A stretch of 64,000 nt of DNA from Glaucostegus cemiculus (Eukaryota). The notes under the pieces were generated by a model. That model saw nothing but the letters and a program-made list of their open reading frames with translations, made no database searches and had not been told where the DNA came from. Below are positions 43,766-56,507 of the stretch, piece by piece; position 1 is the stretch's first letter; each line of letters starts with the position of its first letter. The stretch covers positions 930,001 through 994,000 of the forward strand of contig CDPCPM010000317.1 in NCBI GenBank assembly GCA_976551045.1, in the 5' to 3' direction. The position numbers were made by a program, and so were the translations under genes.

Positions 43766-44802
43766 CACGACTGTAAGGCCAGATCCAGCTCCAACCGCAT
43801 TGTTAAATTTGCCGATGACACGACAGTGGTGGGTCTTGTCACGAATGACGATGAGTCGGACTACAGAGAGGAGGTGAAACAACTAGCCGTGTGGTGCCAT
43901 GACAACAACCTCTCCTTGAATGTGGATAAAACCAAGGAGATGATAGTGGATTTTAGGAGGGGTCACCATGTGCACGCCCCACTGACCATCAACGGGTCTG
44001 CTGTGGAACAAGTACGCAGCACCAAGTTCCTGGGGGTGCACATCACCAACGACCTGACCTGGTCCACTAACATTACGGCCCTCACGAAGAAAGCTCAGAA
44101 ATGCCTCTACTTCCTGCGGAGACTGAGGAAAGCGTACCCCCATCCCTCTGTCATGAAAACCTTCTATAGGGGGACCATTGAGAGCATCCTAACTCAATGT
44201 ATCACTGTTTGGTTTGGAAGCTGCTCAGCTGCTGGGCGGAAGTCCCTCCAGAAGATAGTTAGGGCTGCAGAGTGTAGGTGTCTCGCTTCCATCCCTCGCA
44301 GACATATACAAAGACCATTGTGTGAGGAAGACCAAAAGCATAATGGCCGACCCTTCTCACCCCTCCTACCACCTCTTCACAATTTTGCCATCAGGGAGGA
44401 GGCTTAAATGTATTAGGGCAAGAACGACCAGGCTGAACAATAGCTTCTTTCCGCAAGCCATCAGAACTGCAAACTCTCTCATCCCTCCATCTTCCTTTGT
44501 TAACGCTAAGAGATGCTAGGTGCACAGAAATGCACCAGCATTTTAAATGCCCGACACCAGCCCATTCACTTTAATAACTATTTATTTACCGGCCATTTTT
44601 AATTTTAATCTGTGTACTAATTTAATTTTAACTTCCGTAGCTTTTAATGTTTAATGTTTTGTAATGTTTATTCTGTCAAGTGTGTATGTGTGTCTCTGTT
44701 GGTTGTTATGTTATTTTATGGGACGAGCACCTGAGGAGGACGGTATCTCGCTCCTATGCATACTATGTATGTATATGGTTGTGACAATAAAACTGATTCT
44801 GA
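43766..44802 (+). mobile_element. Rex1/Babar-clade LINE, 5'-truncated, relatively young, with one frameshift near 44270
   Basis: HDCKARSSSNRIVKFADDTTVVGLV (RT catalytic FADD), LNVDKTKEMIVDFRR, KFLGVHI, DPSHPSYHLFTILPSGRR; 3' end GTGACAATAAAACTGATTCTGA. Confidence 0.93.
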
Positions 44803-45004
44803 TATTTTCAATCAGAATGCATTCAATAGCTACCTAATTGAAATTTGTTAACCTGGTATTGATGGAGAATAAATGTGGGAGCCGGCTATTTAATATGTGA
44901 CAGTGTCGTCTTTGATTATTCATTTACTAAATGAGGTATATTGTGCTCTGCAGTGAGAATCAATTACAACACCATTGGTTTTCATACTTTATACCGGTAA
45001 CTCT

Positions 45005-45700
45005 TCATTCATCTTGTGGGTTTATTGCCTTTCTCTAATTGCCCATGAGAAAGTGCTAATGGCATTCCCACACTAACGCTTGAAGATCCAGGACTTAGGA
45101 CTGCTAGGGAAATTGAGATATTCCAATGTTAAGATGCTGAATTACTGAGAGGGTTCTGTGGGTGGTGGTGTTTCCTTGTGTGTTCTTGGTAGAGATTGCA
45201 GCTTGGGGAGGGTTGGGGTGTTAGAGTTGTCTTGGTGAGATGCTATGTACTTTTTAAAGGTCCGTTTTTTCATTTATAGCAGTAGAATCCTGTGATTTCA
45301 CAATTGAAAAGCATAATTTGGCTGTTATCTTTTGTTTTAGTTGAAGGGGAATTGGTAGGAAGATGGTGTGGAATGCTGAGTTAAGGGAATTGGATAGCTG
45401 TTGTGAGATGTCAAGCTTGTATTGTTGGAGTTGTACTTATCCAAGAACTTGGAAAGTATTCATCTCACCAAGATTTATGCCTTTGCAGATGGAAGACTTT
45501 GGGGAATCAGTAACTGGGTCACTTTGCAGTAGGATGCCTCTTACAGCCATGGTATTTATGTGACTATTATTGCTTCTAATCAATAGCAACTCCCAGGCAA
45601 TTAAGGGTGGAAACTTGGTGATGGTATTGCCATTTGAATGTCAAGTATAGATGATTAGATGCACCAGTTGGAGAGGTCATTGCTTGGCACTGTGTTGTGT
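45005..45700 (-). mobile_element. Decayed LINE 3' portion (family of 29135-31900)
   Basis: TTTATTGCCTTTCTCTAATTGCCC is the reversed tail; GGAGAGGTCATTGCTTGGCAC is a reversed RT segment. Confidence 0.55.
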
Positions 45701-47136
45701 TAGGCAGTCATGTACATCCGTGCCAAAAGTATTTTTGGATTTCTTTTTTCCACAAGAAACTATCCAAAAGTGAATAGTTCTTTGTATTGTTGTGAAAGTT
45801 GAAGTAATTGTTTTTGCTTGACATGCACCATTTACTTATGGACTTTATTGTTATTTGGGGAGTTCCCCATTGAAAACCACTTAATGTTGCTTTTGTACTC
45901 AATGCCAACTTTTTTCCCCCCTAAATTTTCAAACTGGAAATGGTGTTTATATAATGAAAGACTTGGTGTGAGACTCGGTACACTGGTGTTCACATCAGGA
46001 CTGAATTGTGGTTAATTTCTTCCCTTTTATAGAGAAATACTTCCAAAACAACATTTAAAAAGCATTAAAATTAACAATCGGCCACGGGAAGTTGGCGATG
46101 AATTTGACAAGGATAGATCCTGGACTATTTTTACATTTTTAAATAAATTGCTGATTTTTACTTGTGCAAAAGACATTTCCACTTGGAGACAAGTTTCCCC
46201 TGCACCAACTGCACCCCTTCTGTCTTCTCTGCCCCACCCTTTTTTTTTTACAATCTGTCAACCTGCTGTTTTCTGGTGTTGACTTTTCTGGTCCAATACA
46301 ATTTTTTAAAATTATTTGAGTAAGATGAAATAAACCCCTATTTAACTGCTCTAATGGCACTAAAGCAAGGATTAATCTGTTAGCCTAGCCACATTTTTCT
46401 CTTAGCAAACAACTTAAAATTGAGCATTTTGGAGTTAGTACAATGGTGCCTACCCTAGTGGTGTGGTGAAATCAGGAGTTGGTATGTTTGTGTTTGGTGA
46501 AGGAATTGGAGGAAGTGGAAATAATTTTCTGGAAACATGTTATCCAATGTTTATTAGTGAGGAGTGGGGTTGAGAGTAGAGGTGCATTTCACTGTCTGTT
46601 GCAAAAGAAATGTTTGGAAACAGCCAGCTTTCTCCATTTTGTGTGATCTTGATATGCATGACATGGCTACCTTATTCACAAGCATCAAATACTTCAGGCA
46701 ACTTTAATTCTGTGAAATACTCTGGGTAACAGGGTATGCAATTGGATAAATTGCTGGAGAAGAGACAGGATCATCTCATTTGATGCATTAATGCTTGAAG
46801 TGACAAAAATGAAATTGTTCACTAATTATGACCATTAGTTAATCTGCAACAAGCCCAAACAATTGGCAACACAACCTCTATTGGTGGACAGATTTAGGAA
46901 CAAGAGTCCATAATGACAAGTTCTTCCCAAATCCATTTCATTTGCCATATGTCCTGTATCAGATTACTCAAACTATGTTAACGTTTCTGGAAGGAAGTCT
47001 TTTTTTGTCTTTTGAATTGTGGATCTGTATTTAAATTTTGAATTTTTAATTTAATAATACCTGTGCAAATAATTCTGAAAATATTCCATTGCCATTAGGT
47101 TTCTGTGGAGTAATGTAATCTTTTTGTTGCATCTAG

Positions 47137-47301
<165 letters not shown>

Positions 47302-48059
47302 TGAAATGATCACCTGGCATTAATCAAAAGCTATTTGTCTACCAACTGAAAAATGGTGAAATTGACAGCTCAAACTGAAGATTTTGCTGCGAGGCCACCT
47401 GAGTGGTGCACAGTTTGCTGTGGGTAAACCTTTTAGTTGGCCTCAGTGAAAACATAACTGACATATGGATCCTAAGTCTTATTTTCCTCTCAGTAAGATT
47501 TGCAATAGGCCCCATAATCAAACTGTCCTGCAGTTGTTCAGTTTGAAATAATCCCTGCTACCGAACAATAAACATTGTAATTAACGATGTGACAATTCCT
47601 GATGTTGCATTCACACCACCTGATGAGCTCTGTAAATACTGAACTGGCACAACTGATTAATGCAAATTGAGATTTCCATGGTAACAAGTGAATAAAATTT
47701 GAGGAAAGTTGACCAATAATGCTTTATCTGATATTGCAGTTAAGTTGATGGAAATTAGTTGCTTCATGTTTTGGAATTATCCCAGTGCTTGACCAGGTAG
47801 TGATGGTAGATTCTTGCACCCTTTACTGCTGGGCAGGTTAATGGTTTTTTGTATATATTTATCACAGTAGTTATTGCAACTTGTCAGAGATTGCCTTAAC
47901 GTGATAGAATTTTTGTTGTCTCTGTATTCAGCCTATAAATGACCGCTTTGCAATGATGTCTCCAAATTTTATACAGATCAGAATCATCACTTTGCATTCC
48001 TATAAGCCTGGTGATTTTTGGGAAGATAAGATTCAAATACTACAGATGTTAAATCAGCT

Positions 48060-48607
48060 GCAGTTTTGGTAAAATGCAAAAAAAATATTGCAGATAATGG
48101 AAATATGAAATGGGAAACTCGGCAGGTCTGGCAGTATTCTGGAAAGAGAAGCAGTTGACCCTTTATCAGAACTGGGAAAGGAAGCAAGTTGGTTCAAGCA
48201 ACACACAGAGTGCTGGAGGAACTCAGTAGGTCAGGCAGTGTCTATGGAGGGAAATAAGCTGTGGCTCCTTTCTTCCCCCCCCCCCCGCCAAACACCTCAA
48301 TGACCTGCCCACCTCTTCCCCTCCTCCATCCTTTATTCCGTGGTCTACCTCCCTCTCCTACTAGATTCCCTCTTCTTCAGCCCTTGGCCTCTTTTATCCT
48401 TTACCTCTTCCATCTCCACCCCCCCCCCCCCCCCCCTTTACCTGAACTCACCTATCACCCTGTGTGTGCTCTTCCCCTGACCTTCTTATTCTTCCTTTCC
48501 AGTTCTGCTGAAGAGTCTCGGCCTAAAACTGCCTGACCTGCTGAGTTCCTCCAGCACTTCTTGTGTATTTCTCCAGATTCCAGCATCTGCAGCATTCCTT
48601 GTGTCTG
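48060..48607. mobile_element. Penelope-like element ends in inverted arrangement, with a degenerate hammerhead motif
   Basis: 31-nt inverted repeat 48209-48239 / 48528-48558, C-rich body, CTGCTGAAGAGTCTCGGCCTAAAAC at 48505-48529. Confidence 0.65.
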
Positions 48608-49681
48608 CAAGTTGGATTTAAGTTGTCTAGAGGATGGGGGATGATCGATAGAATAAAGGAAATGTCTCTGGGCGAGGTGTGAGTTATTATGGGGATAAAT
48701 TATAGACAAGTTCATCCGTTTAATGGGTTATTGAGGGAGGTTAGCAAAAAAGAACACAAAGGAGTGTAAAAGTTGCAAAGTGCTTAGCCTGCCCTCCAGG
48801 CATGTCCTTAGGCTGTATATCTTGCAGCTCTGCATTTTGCAACTTCTGTTTGTTCTCATTCCCTTAACTGCTTTCATTTTATAGCCTTTGTTTATCATTT
48901 TTGTATAACTGCTCCCAATAACTCATTGACTCTCTTCCATACTTACCCTGTCTCCAAGTCCGTGGGATGGGTGCCATTGGCATCCCAACCCCAAGTGCAT
49001 TTATTTCAAAATCTTTGCACTCATCACTCGATACTCTGTTGACATGCCCAGTCTCCTCCAGTTGCATATCCCTGTGAGCATTTGGTGGTTCCACATCCAG
49101 CTTCCATCTCACCAAAGATAACTGTTCTTTAATTGCCTCAGCAAGATTAAACTCCCCTTGAAGATTTGCCTTCCACTTCTCTGCTTGTAGTAGCTTCCAA
49201 TTAAAGATTTTATTTAACCAATTTCCTGATAACCACATCTGACACAAATCAGGCCAAAAGTGGAAAGAACTTTGTTGCATTGAGCTCAACAAAAACATGC
49301 GACTTAAAGAATAAATAGTAGGTGCAGAGGGGTTTAGTGACTAGCTAATAGCTGGTTTCCCATGGGTGCTTATGGCTTTCTTCCACCACCTAAAGACACA
49401 CTGGTGAGTTGGCCACTATAAATTGCACTGTGTGTGTGTGTTGTAGGGGGTTTTGTGGGTAGGTGAAGGGGAGAATAGGTTAAAGGAACGTTTTATTTGG
49501 CGGTGGGGGGGGGGGGGGAAGAAATGGAATTGCTCTGACAACTCTGATAAACCTGACTGGCCAAATGGCATACTGTCATAGGAAAATATGGAACTGTCAG
49601 TGTGAAGAAGTCTGCACCTGCTAGTTAGGTCATATCAAGAAGACAGGAATATTAGCTGGAATCTTCCTTCAGAGTTAATTT

Positions 49682-50100
49682 CATAGAAACATAGAAAACC
49701 TATAGCACGATTCAGGCCCTTTGGCCTACAAAGCTGTGCCAAACATGTACCTACCTTAGAAATTACTAGGCTTACCCAAAGCCCTCTTGTTTTTCTAAGC
49801 TCCATGTCTCTATCCATAAGTCTCTTAAAAGACCCTATCATATCCACCTCCACCACCGTTGCCAACAGCCCATTCCACGCACTCACAACACTGAGTAAAA
49901 AAAAACTTACCCCTGACATCTCCTCTGTACCTACTCCCGAGCACCTTAAACCTGTGTCCTTTTGTGGCAACCATTTCAGCCCTGAGAAAAAGCCTCTGAC
50001 TATCCACACCATCAATGCCTCTTATCATCTTATACACTTACATCAGGTCACCTCTCATCCTCCATTGCTCCAAGGAGAAAAGGCCAAGTTCACTCAACCT
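49682..50100 (-). mobile_element. CR1-clade LINE 3' fragment
   Basis: Minus frames VYKMIRGIDGVDSQRLFLRAEMVATKGHRFKV and VVSAWNGL...GSFKRLMDRDM; TTCTATGT-type tail. Confidence 0.9.
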
Positions 50101-51034
50101 GCTTTCATAATTCAAATTTCAATTCAAATTGTGGCCTGGGATTTGCAGTTAAAGGTTGCTAATGCTCATAATAGCAGTTGAAATCTGACAATAACTTCTG
50201 GAGATTGTTCATAGTACAATTAAGCATGAGGTTTCTGGCTGTGATACCCTTTTTCACTACCTTCTCTATTACAGTCATGGAAAATATTAAATTGACAACA
50301 TAATTATTGCCATAAAACCACTGAAAATGTTGTCCCATTAAAATCAGTTCTAGCTGAGAGTCTGACAGTAAACTGTTGCTGTTATTGTTTAATGACATCT
50401 GACTTCAAAGCTAATTCATGTGTAGATCCTCATTCATTTAATTTCAAAATTTCTATTTTTTATGTTTAAAATTTGACTTAATAGTTTCATGCTTAAGGTT
50501 CAGATTCTTAATCCAGTCTTAATTTTGGGCTCTAAAATATTTTAAGAAATTGGTCAAATGTGTGGTTTTTCTGGCTTGCTGTCAGATTGGCTGCTTGGCT
50601 AATTTAATGAAATTGCTGTTGCTGGATATCAGAGACTCCCCCACTCACCCCCCCCCCACCAAAAGAACTAGTAATTTAAAGCAACTCATGTTGGATGAAG
50701 GGAGATTCACAAGAGATTTCCAGCTTTTTTTTTGTGTAGGCCACTTTGCAATGTATAAGTACCATTTTGTTGTTGAATGCAAAGTCTGGGTTGGTATTTT
50801 TAAGTCCACTGAATATACTGCTTAGTTGCCTCCCTAGGAAATGTAAAAAAAAATTAAGATGTAGCATATTGACATTGGCTAAAGAATTCCTCCAAGCTTG
50901 TTGCCAGATGTTAAGAAATTGAACTAACAGATGCTTATTAACCTTGAGGTGCTTCAGCTCTTGTGTATTTGTTGTTTTCTGACAAGGTTTGGCTCAATTG
51001 CCAGTGAACCTCTTCCTTTCTCCTTCTCTCCCTC

Positions 51035-51430
51035 AGTCATAGTCATACAACACAGAAATGGGCCCTTCAGCCCAACTTGTCAATGCTAACCAAGGTGCCT
51101 TCCTTAGATAGACCCATTTGCCTGTATTTGGACAATATCCATCTAAGTCTTTTCTATTCGTGTATCTGTCCAAATGACTTTTAAAAGTTTCAATGGTACC
51201 TGCCTCTCCCACTTCCTCTGGCAGCTCATTCCATATACCCACCACCCTCTGTGGAAAACCTTGCTCCTCAGATACCCATTAATACTTTCTTCCCTCTCAC
51301 CTTCAACCTATGCCCTCTAGTTTTAGACTCTCCTTTCAATCCCTCTTATCTATGCACCCCCCCCCCCCCCCCCACAATGATTCTGTAAAGCTCTAAGGTC
51401 ACCCCTCAGCCTCCTATGGTCCAGGGAAAG
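51035..51430 (-). mobile_element. CR1-clade LINE (HER1-like) 3' fragment
   Basis: Minus frame VGIWNELPEEVGEAGTIETFKSHLDRY; (ATGACT)n tail; contains a C17 run at 51357-51373. Confidence 0.9.
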
Positions 51431-52789
51431 CAATCTATCTCTTACATAAAAATAAAGTCCATAACTTCATAGTTTTATTCCAAATTTTAAAACAAGATGA
51501 AACTGTTGATATTATTCAATTTGAGGGAGAAGAAAAAGTGATTTAAAATAAAAATTAGCTATATTATTTCACCTTGCAGTATCCACTTGGGCAACATCTA
51601 GTGAGTTTAATTTGGATTAGATGTTTGAACAGGATAGAAGATTACTTTTTTGTGTATCTTGACATTCACAGCATGATGACACAAATGTGAAGTATCCTAT
51701 TTTATCTGTACATTGAATTATCTCAGCAAAATAATTTTAATGTTTGAATTGGTTTATGGATTCAACATAGGCTTGTTCAAGTAGATATTTTGATGCTGGG
51801 AGAAAATGCATTTAATTCCTGCTCCAATTTGCTGGCTGCCATGGGCTAATATTTTGCTGAGATAATTCAATGTACAGAGAAAATAGTTATCCTGAAGTGT
51901 CAGAAAGCTAACATAATTTTTTTTAAGTTGATTTTTGTTTGGCTGGCCACTTGACTCGATGGGGAGGAAGGGAAAGTTATAGTGGCCTACACCAGTACTG
52001 CTTAATTGTTTCCCAGTTTAAACCAGTAGTTTCCAGCATTTTAAACGAGAGCTTGACTTGGTACAGTATGACCCTCTCACAACAAAAAAAAGGAATAGCA
52101 TCATCAGCTGCTCCTTTTAAGGAGTTGTACCTTACTAGCAGACCTACAGCTGGAATGCCAAGTCTGCCTTTATTTTGCAGACTTTTGAACTAACTTTACC
52201 CTTACAATGGGTCTTGAGGCTTTAGTAATAATTCTAGGTGGCTTCATCTGGGGGCTTGCAGCCCAGGTTGTTCGCCACAATTGTAGACTGTGCTTCAGAC
52301 TGATGCACTGTGACAGGATGTGGGTGTTGTAGTTGTGCCAAAGCATGACTAATTTGGTCACATTAAAGATGCTAAGCTGAACAGTGGATACAAAATTTAA
52401 ACACAATAATACTGCTTGGGGAAAGTTCATACCTGGTCACTTCATTTGGTGTTGTACAGAAACTCCTGTGCATCTTAATTTGTAGCTTCAAGTTTTGGTA
52501 ATGGTGATCACCTACGAACACTAATAATTTACAACTGTGCTTGGTATTCTCCCAAGACACACATTTAAGGACTGTCTATGACTTTGCAATACAAGTGAAA
52601 TGTATGGTGGAGCTGTTACACTATGTTATAATTAGAGTGAAGAACAGCCTCAAATTTGAAATTTGTCCTCAATACCTCCATATCTGAAGTTTTTGCATTT
52701 CTGAAATTTTGTTCTATTTAGTAGAATATCATCAAAGCAATCATCCTTTGCTAACTTTCGGGGTCATGTTACGGGGCATGTGAACAGCA

Positions 52790-53060
52790 AAAAATAGTGT
52801 TTGTAACGATCCAATCAATCTACAATGTGATAATGGAATATTGCTGAGGATGCTCTTTTAGAAATAGTGCCATGTGGTTGTTTTCCTCTACCCTTTGAGC
52901 AAACTGGGCCTTGTGTTACTCTCAGTCAAACGATGGCACTTCTGACAATACAGCACTCCTTCACTGGGCTACCAGCCTAGCTTTTTGTGCTCAAGTCTCT
53001 AATTTGAACCCAGAACTTTGGATTTGAGAAAGTGTTCTACTAAATGAGCCACAGCTGACG
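52790..53060 (-). mobile_element. DeuSINE-like element ending about 70 nt upstream of exon 12
   Basis: AGAAATAGTGCCATG...GATGGCACTTCTGACAATACAGCACTCCTTCA...TGTGCTCAAGTCTCT...TTGAACCCAGAAC...TGAGCCACAGCTGAC. Confidence 0.7.
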
Positions 53061-53129
53061 CTTAACCTGTGTTATTTCGTAAGGCTTGGATGGAAATGTG
53101 GAGTTAACTCTTGCCTCATTATCCTGTAG

Positions 53130-53280
53130 ATAAAGAAGCAATGTTGACACAGAAAGACTATGAAACTGCTGCACTGGCTGACATCAAGGCCTTGCTCAAG
53201 AAACACGAAGCATTTGAGAGTGATCTGGCAGCACACCAAGACAGAGTGGAGCAGATCGCTGCCATCGCACAAGAGCTCAA
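53130..53280 (+). CDS. ACTN4: ACTN4 exon 12 (151 nt): [51 protein letters not shown]
   Basis: cctgtag|AT ... CTCAA|gtatgt. Confidence 0.97.
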
Positions 53281-53539
53281 GTATGTACAATTATATGATT
53301 GTTTATACCAACCATGCTGCTATTCAACATTAAAGGCCAGATTTTGTAACTGATGCCATTATTGTTTGGATCTTTCTACGGTCAGAAATTTGCAAACAAT
53401 TATTATGTTGTAATGAGTAGGAAAAAAGTGAATGTTTCCTGCAAGTCAAATCGTGAATGCAAACATTTGTGATGTGAAATATCCTGAATCTTGTGGTGGT
53501 CCAGCTCAGATTTTTTTTAAACCTTTCATTCTTCTGCAG

Positions 53540-53648
53540 TGATCTGGATTATTATGACTCTCCCAATGTAAATGCTCGCTGCCAGACTATTTGTGACCAT
53601 TGGGACACTCTGGGCTCTTTAACACAGAGCAGGAGAGATGCCTTGGAG
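53540..53648 (+). CDS. ACTN4: ACTN4 exon 13 (109 nt): [36 protein letters not shown]
   Basis: tctgcag|T GAT ... GAG|gtgaga. Confidence 0.97.
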
Positions 53649-54711
53649 GTGAGACTTGAACTGCTGACTTTTATTTTGTGTTGGGTTTATCCACATCGAC
53701 AATCACAGGATGGATTTCAATCCCAGATTTCCTACATAATTGTCATTTAATGTTAATGGGAAAATATTTTTGCTTGGAATTCAATTCACCAGCACTGGAA
53801 TATTCAGACCGGGGCATAAAAGTGTGAACCTCTTTCAGATAAATAATTCTAGGCAAATTAAATACTTAATTTGATACTACCTCTCCTAAATGATGTACAG
53901 TGTCTATTGCATTTTGTGTTCGGATGTCTAAGTTATTGATATCCAAACTCATTGTAGCTATCTCAGATTCTGTATTAATTTCAGTTTCATTTATTATTGG
54001 TTTCTGTTAAGTTCTTGATATTCAGAAATGGAATGCAAATGATCCACTTTCCTCCTCCCTATGGGATACCGAAGTAATTTTGTACCAATCCAGCTGAGAT
54101 GGACTTGTATCAGACCAGCTTCAAGTTTGCATTTTTTGTTCTCTGCGCCTCTACTCCCTGATAGTTATAGCTTCTGTAATGGGAGTATGGTCTATGTAAC
54201 TATGGTCTGATGAAAATTTATTTAAGATCATGGTGCTCTCAAGTGGAACCATGACCTCAGTGCCTAGACAAGTCAACTTGCTCTCCATCAATACATTGGC
54301 CTATCTAGCACAACAAAGATTTGAGAACTTGCCAAGGTTTACATCCACAATACAGATTGAACAAATACTTAATGTTTGAATAAAGGATGTGTTAATGTCT
54401 GAAACTATTTAGTCTAAGATGTATGTTTTGAAAGAATTAAACAGTAACTTCTAGTATAAACTACAAAATGTGCAAAATTAAGAACAGTAAATGTGATTTC
54501 ACTTGGCTGCACAAGAACCAGGCAATTATGGGAGAGTTCTGTCTGATATAGTGATGTTACTGCAAAACAGTAATCAAGTTCCAGCCAGCTAAACTCCTAT
54601 TTGATTCCCTTCATTCTGGTGCTTATGAGTGCATGGATGGCTAGATCCTTGTGTATTTGAGTACTGATTCCTAAATGAGCCTTTATTTTAAAAAAAAAAC
54701 TTTTGTTTTAA

Positions 54712-54900
<189 letters not shown>

Positions 54901-54960
54901 TAAAAGTGGACTGAAGCTACTTAGTTGTTCTAATTGGTTTGCGCTCTCTGATTTCTGCAG

Positions 54961-55143
54961 GGTCTCATTGCAGCACATGAACAATTCAAAGCAACGTTGC
55001 CAGATGCTGATAAAGAGCGAGAAGCAATTCTGGGCATCCACAATGAAATGATGAAAATTGCTCAGTCTTACAATATTAAACTCTCTGGTGTAAATCCATA
55101 CACCTCCATTACCTCACAGAGCATAAATGATAAATGGAATAAG
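54961..55143 (+). CDS. ACTN4: ACTN4 exon 15 (183 nt): [29 protein letters not shown]...[17 protein letters not shown]
   Basis: tctgcag|GGT ... AAG|gtaaga; preceded by a 105-nt intron. Confidence 0.97.
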
Positions 55144-55444
55144 GTAAGAGACTGCTGAAGGATGTCATTATGTAAGATACATATACAGAAAGTGATTGTT
55201 CTGTACAGTACTCTCCCTATTGAGATGTAGTGGGGGAATATTACTGATTTGCTTTTATTTTGATATGCCTGGACATCTGGATGTAGCATCTTGTTCTTGT
55301 AAGTGGGTCTAATTGAAATTAGTTGATTAGAAATGTTGGTTTCAAATACTGTAGTACATGCAGCTGGTTTCTGAGCAGAGCTGTACCATTTGCAACTTTC
55401 CAAACTAATGTCAAAGACGTGAGTGAAACTCAGAATACTTGGAT

Positions 55445-55726
55445 ATGGGAGGAGGCCATTGCTGGCTCACAAAGCAATCCCATTTCCCCGCTAATTCTCC
55501 CAGTAACCTATTCTCTATGTATTCCCATCATCTGCCCTGGATTCTGCCACGTAACTATGCACCAGTGGCAACTTAGTGGCCAATTAACCTACCATTCCAT
55601 GTGCATTTTGGGATGTAGGAGGAAACCCATGCTTGTCACAGGGAGAACATGGTAACTCCGCATAGAGCTCAGGATTGAAACCGGGTCATTGGTACTGTCA
55701 GGCAGCAGCTCTACCAGCTGTGGCAT
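55445..55726 (-). mobile_element. Old V-SINE
   Basis: GGAGGAAACCCATGC...CACAGGGAGAACATG...GGATTGAAACCGGGTCATTGG...GGCAGCAGCTCTACC. Confidence 0.75.
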
Positions 55727-55799
55727 GGCAACCTCTAAGTGGGTGCTTGATGGTTGGATTCAGTAACCAAAGGGCCTGTTTATGTGCTGTATGGCTCTG

Positions 55800-56110
55800 A
55801 GGAGGAGACCATTTGGCTCATTGAGTCTCTGCTGCCTCTGGATTCTCCCACATTTCCTTGTAGCCTTTTCTTTCTCACATTTCCATCAACTCTTCCTGAT
55901 TTTCTTTTTTCCTGTCATCCACCTACATTACAGAAGCCAATTAACTAACCAGATAGCATGTCTTTGAGATGGGGGATGAAATTAGAGCAGCTGGTGGAAG
56001 CCCACCTAGTTATGGAGAACATGCAAACTTGCACAGACAGCACTGGAGATTGTCACTGAATTTGGGTCATGGAGCTTTGAGGCAGTAGTTCTACCTGGTG
56101 TGCTACTGTA
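55800..56110 (-). mobile_element. Old V-SINE, second tandem copy
   Basis: GGAGAACATGCAAACTTGCACAGACAGCAC...GGGTCATGGAGCTTTGAGGCAGTAG. Confidence 0.7.
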
Positions 56111-56372
56111 CTATTTAGAAAAAAGAATTATGAACTTGGGAGGGGGGTGGTGGATGTATTTAAGATGATGTGAATTGAAAACATGACACTTAGAACGCTC
56201 CATAAGGTCATCAAAAGAAGCTGCTGTGGCTTTGAAACAGAGGCCAAAGAGTGAAGGTTTGTGGGAGGGGAAGAAATTGCTGGGGGGGTGGGATGTGGGG
56301 GGCAAAAGTATGTATATACTGTTGAGCATAAATTGTGGTGATCAGAATTTACTGCTATGCACATGTTTACAG

Positions 56373-56507
56373 GTTCAGCAATTGGTGCCAGCTCGAGACC
56401 AGGCCTTGCAAGCAGAATTTAACAAGCAACAGTCCAATGAAAACCTGCGCGAGCAGTTTGCAAATAAGGCCAACGTTGTTGGTCCCTGGATTCAGACTAA
56501 GATGCAG
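56373..56507 (+). CDS. ACTN4: ACTN4 exon 16 (135 nt): [45 protein letters not shown]
   Basis: tttacag|GTT ... CAG|gttggc. Confidence 0.96.

Noticed and set aside
43826-44407. 193-aa ORF as a nested host gene or novel reverse transcriptase system
   Set aside because: It is the 5'-truncated, frameshifted RT C-terminus of a Rex1-like LINE, with a homologous copy at 14756-15467.
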